Shown here: one piece after another, positions 63,653 through 64,000 of the stretch
Numbering within the stretch: the stretch's first letter is position 1
Layout: every line of letters starts with the position of its first letter
Source: Octopus vulgaris
Taxonomy: Eukaryota
Length of the DNA stretch: 64,000 nucleotides
Reading direction: 5' to 3'
Assembly (NCBI GenBank): GCA_951406725.2
Contig: OX597830.1
Coordinates: forward strand, 45,446,001-45,510,000
The notes under the pieces: generated by a model
Seen by the model: the letters and a program-made list of their open reading frames with translations, nothing else
The model's database searches: none
What the model was told of the DNA's origin: nothing
Translations under genes and position numbers: made by a program

Positions 63653-64000
63653 CACATGGCAGAGGCAGTAACAATAGCACTCTGCAGCATCAACAGTAGC
63701 AATGAGAATCTGACAGCAGCAGCAACAGTAATGAAAATAATACAATTATGGAAACGGCAAACAGGAAAATCAAGTTTGCTGAAGTTGTTTTTGACTGAAT
63801 TTGACTTGAAGACTGATGCCTGCAAAGAGAAACAGCATCATTTTCCAGGCATCAATCTAAAGTGTAACTCAATTAGCAGCAGTGTGGGTATCTGACTGTC
63901 ATCACATGAAGTGGAAAAAAATTTGCTACCGATTACTGCCTCTTCAAAAACTAAGAAAAATCAATTTATTATTCAAGTAATGTTGGATTAGCTAACGCTG
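63174..64000. repeat. Direct repeat of at least 115 bp, offset 709 bp
   Basis: tgtgggtatctgactgtcatcacatgaagtgg...tagctaacgctg at 63174 and 63883; second copy runs off the window. Confidence 0.88.

Overview
AT-rich, microsatellite-dense eukaryotic genomic DNA. The SINE/LINE repertoire suggests a coleoid cephalopod, probably Octopus (inference). One host gene is supported: a nine-coding-exon peroxisomal carrier SLC25A17/PMP34 on the + strand (CDS 8548-34247, 312 aa after splicing, all introns GT-AG and in phase). The rest is transposon-derived: Tx1, RTE and CR1 LINE remnants, two Penelope-like GIY-YIG fragments, an internally deleted Ty3/Gypsy element, several Tc1/mariner copies, Helitron-, piggyBac-, Merlin- and Ginger-type non-autonomous elements, and at least four tRNA-derived SINE families. 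The most unusual signal is a recurring 'long hairpin plus one-sided tail' architecture (about eight instances, mostly inside (TA)n tracts). A Penelope remnant in the window has the same inverted-end structure, which suggests these are foldback products of Penelope-type retrotransposition. Almost all ORFs in the supplied track are microsatellite or antisense artefacts. All family assignments come from reading motifs by eye, not from database searches.
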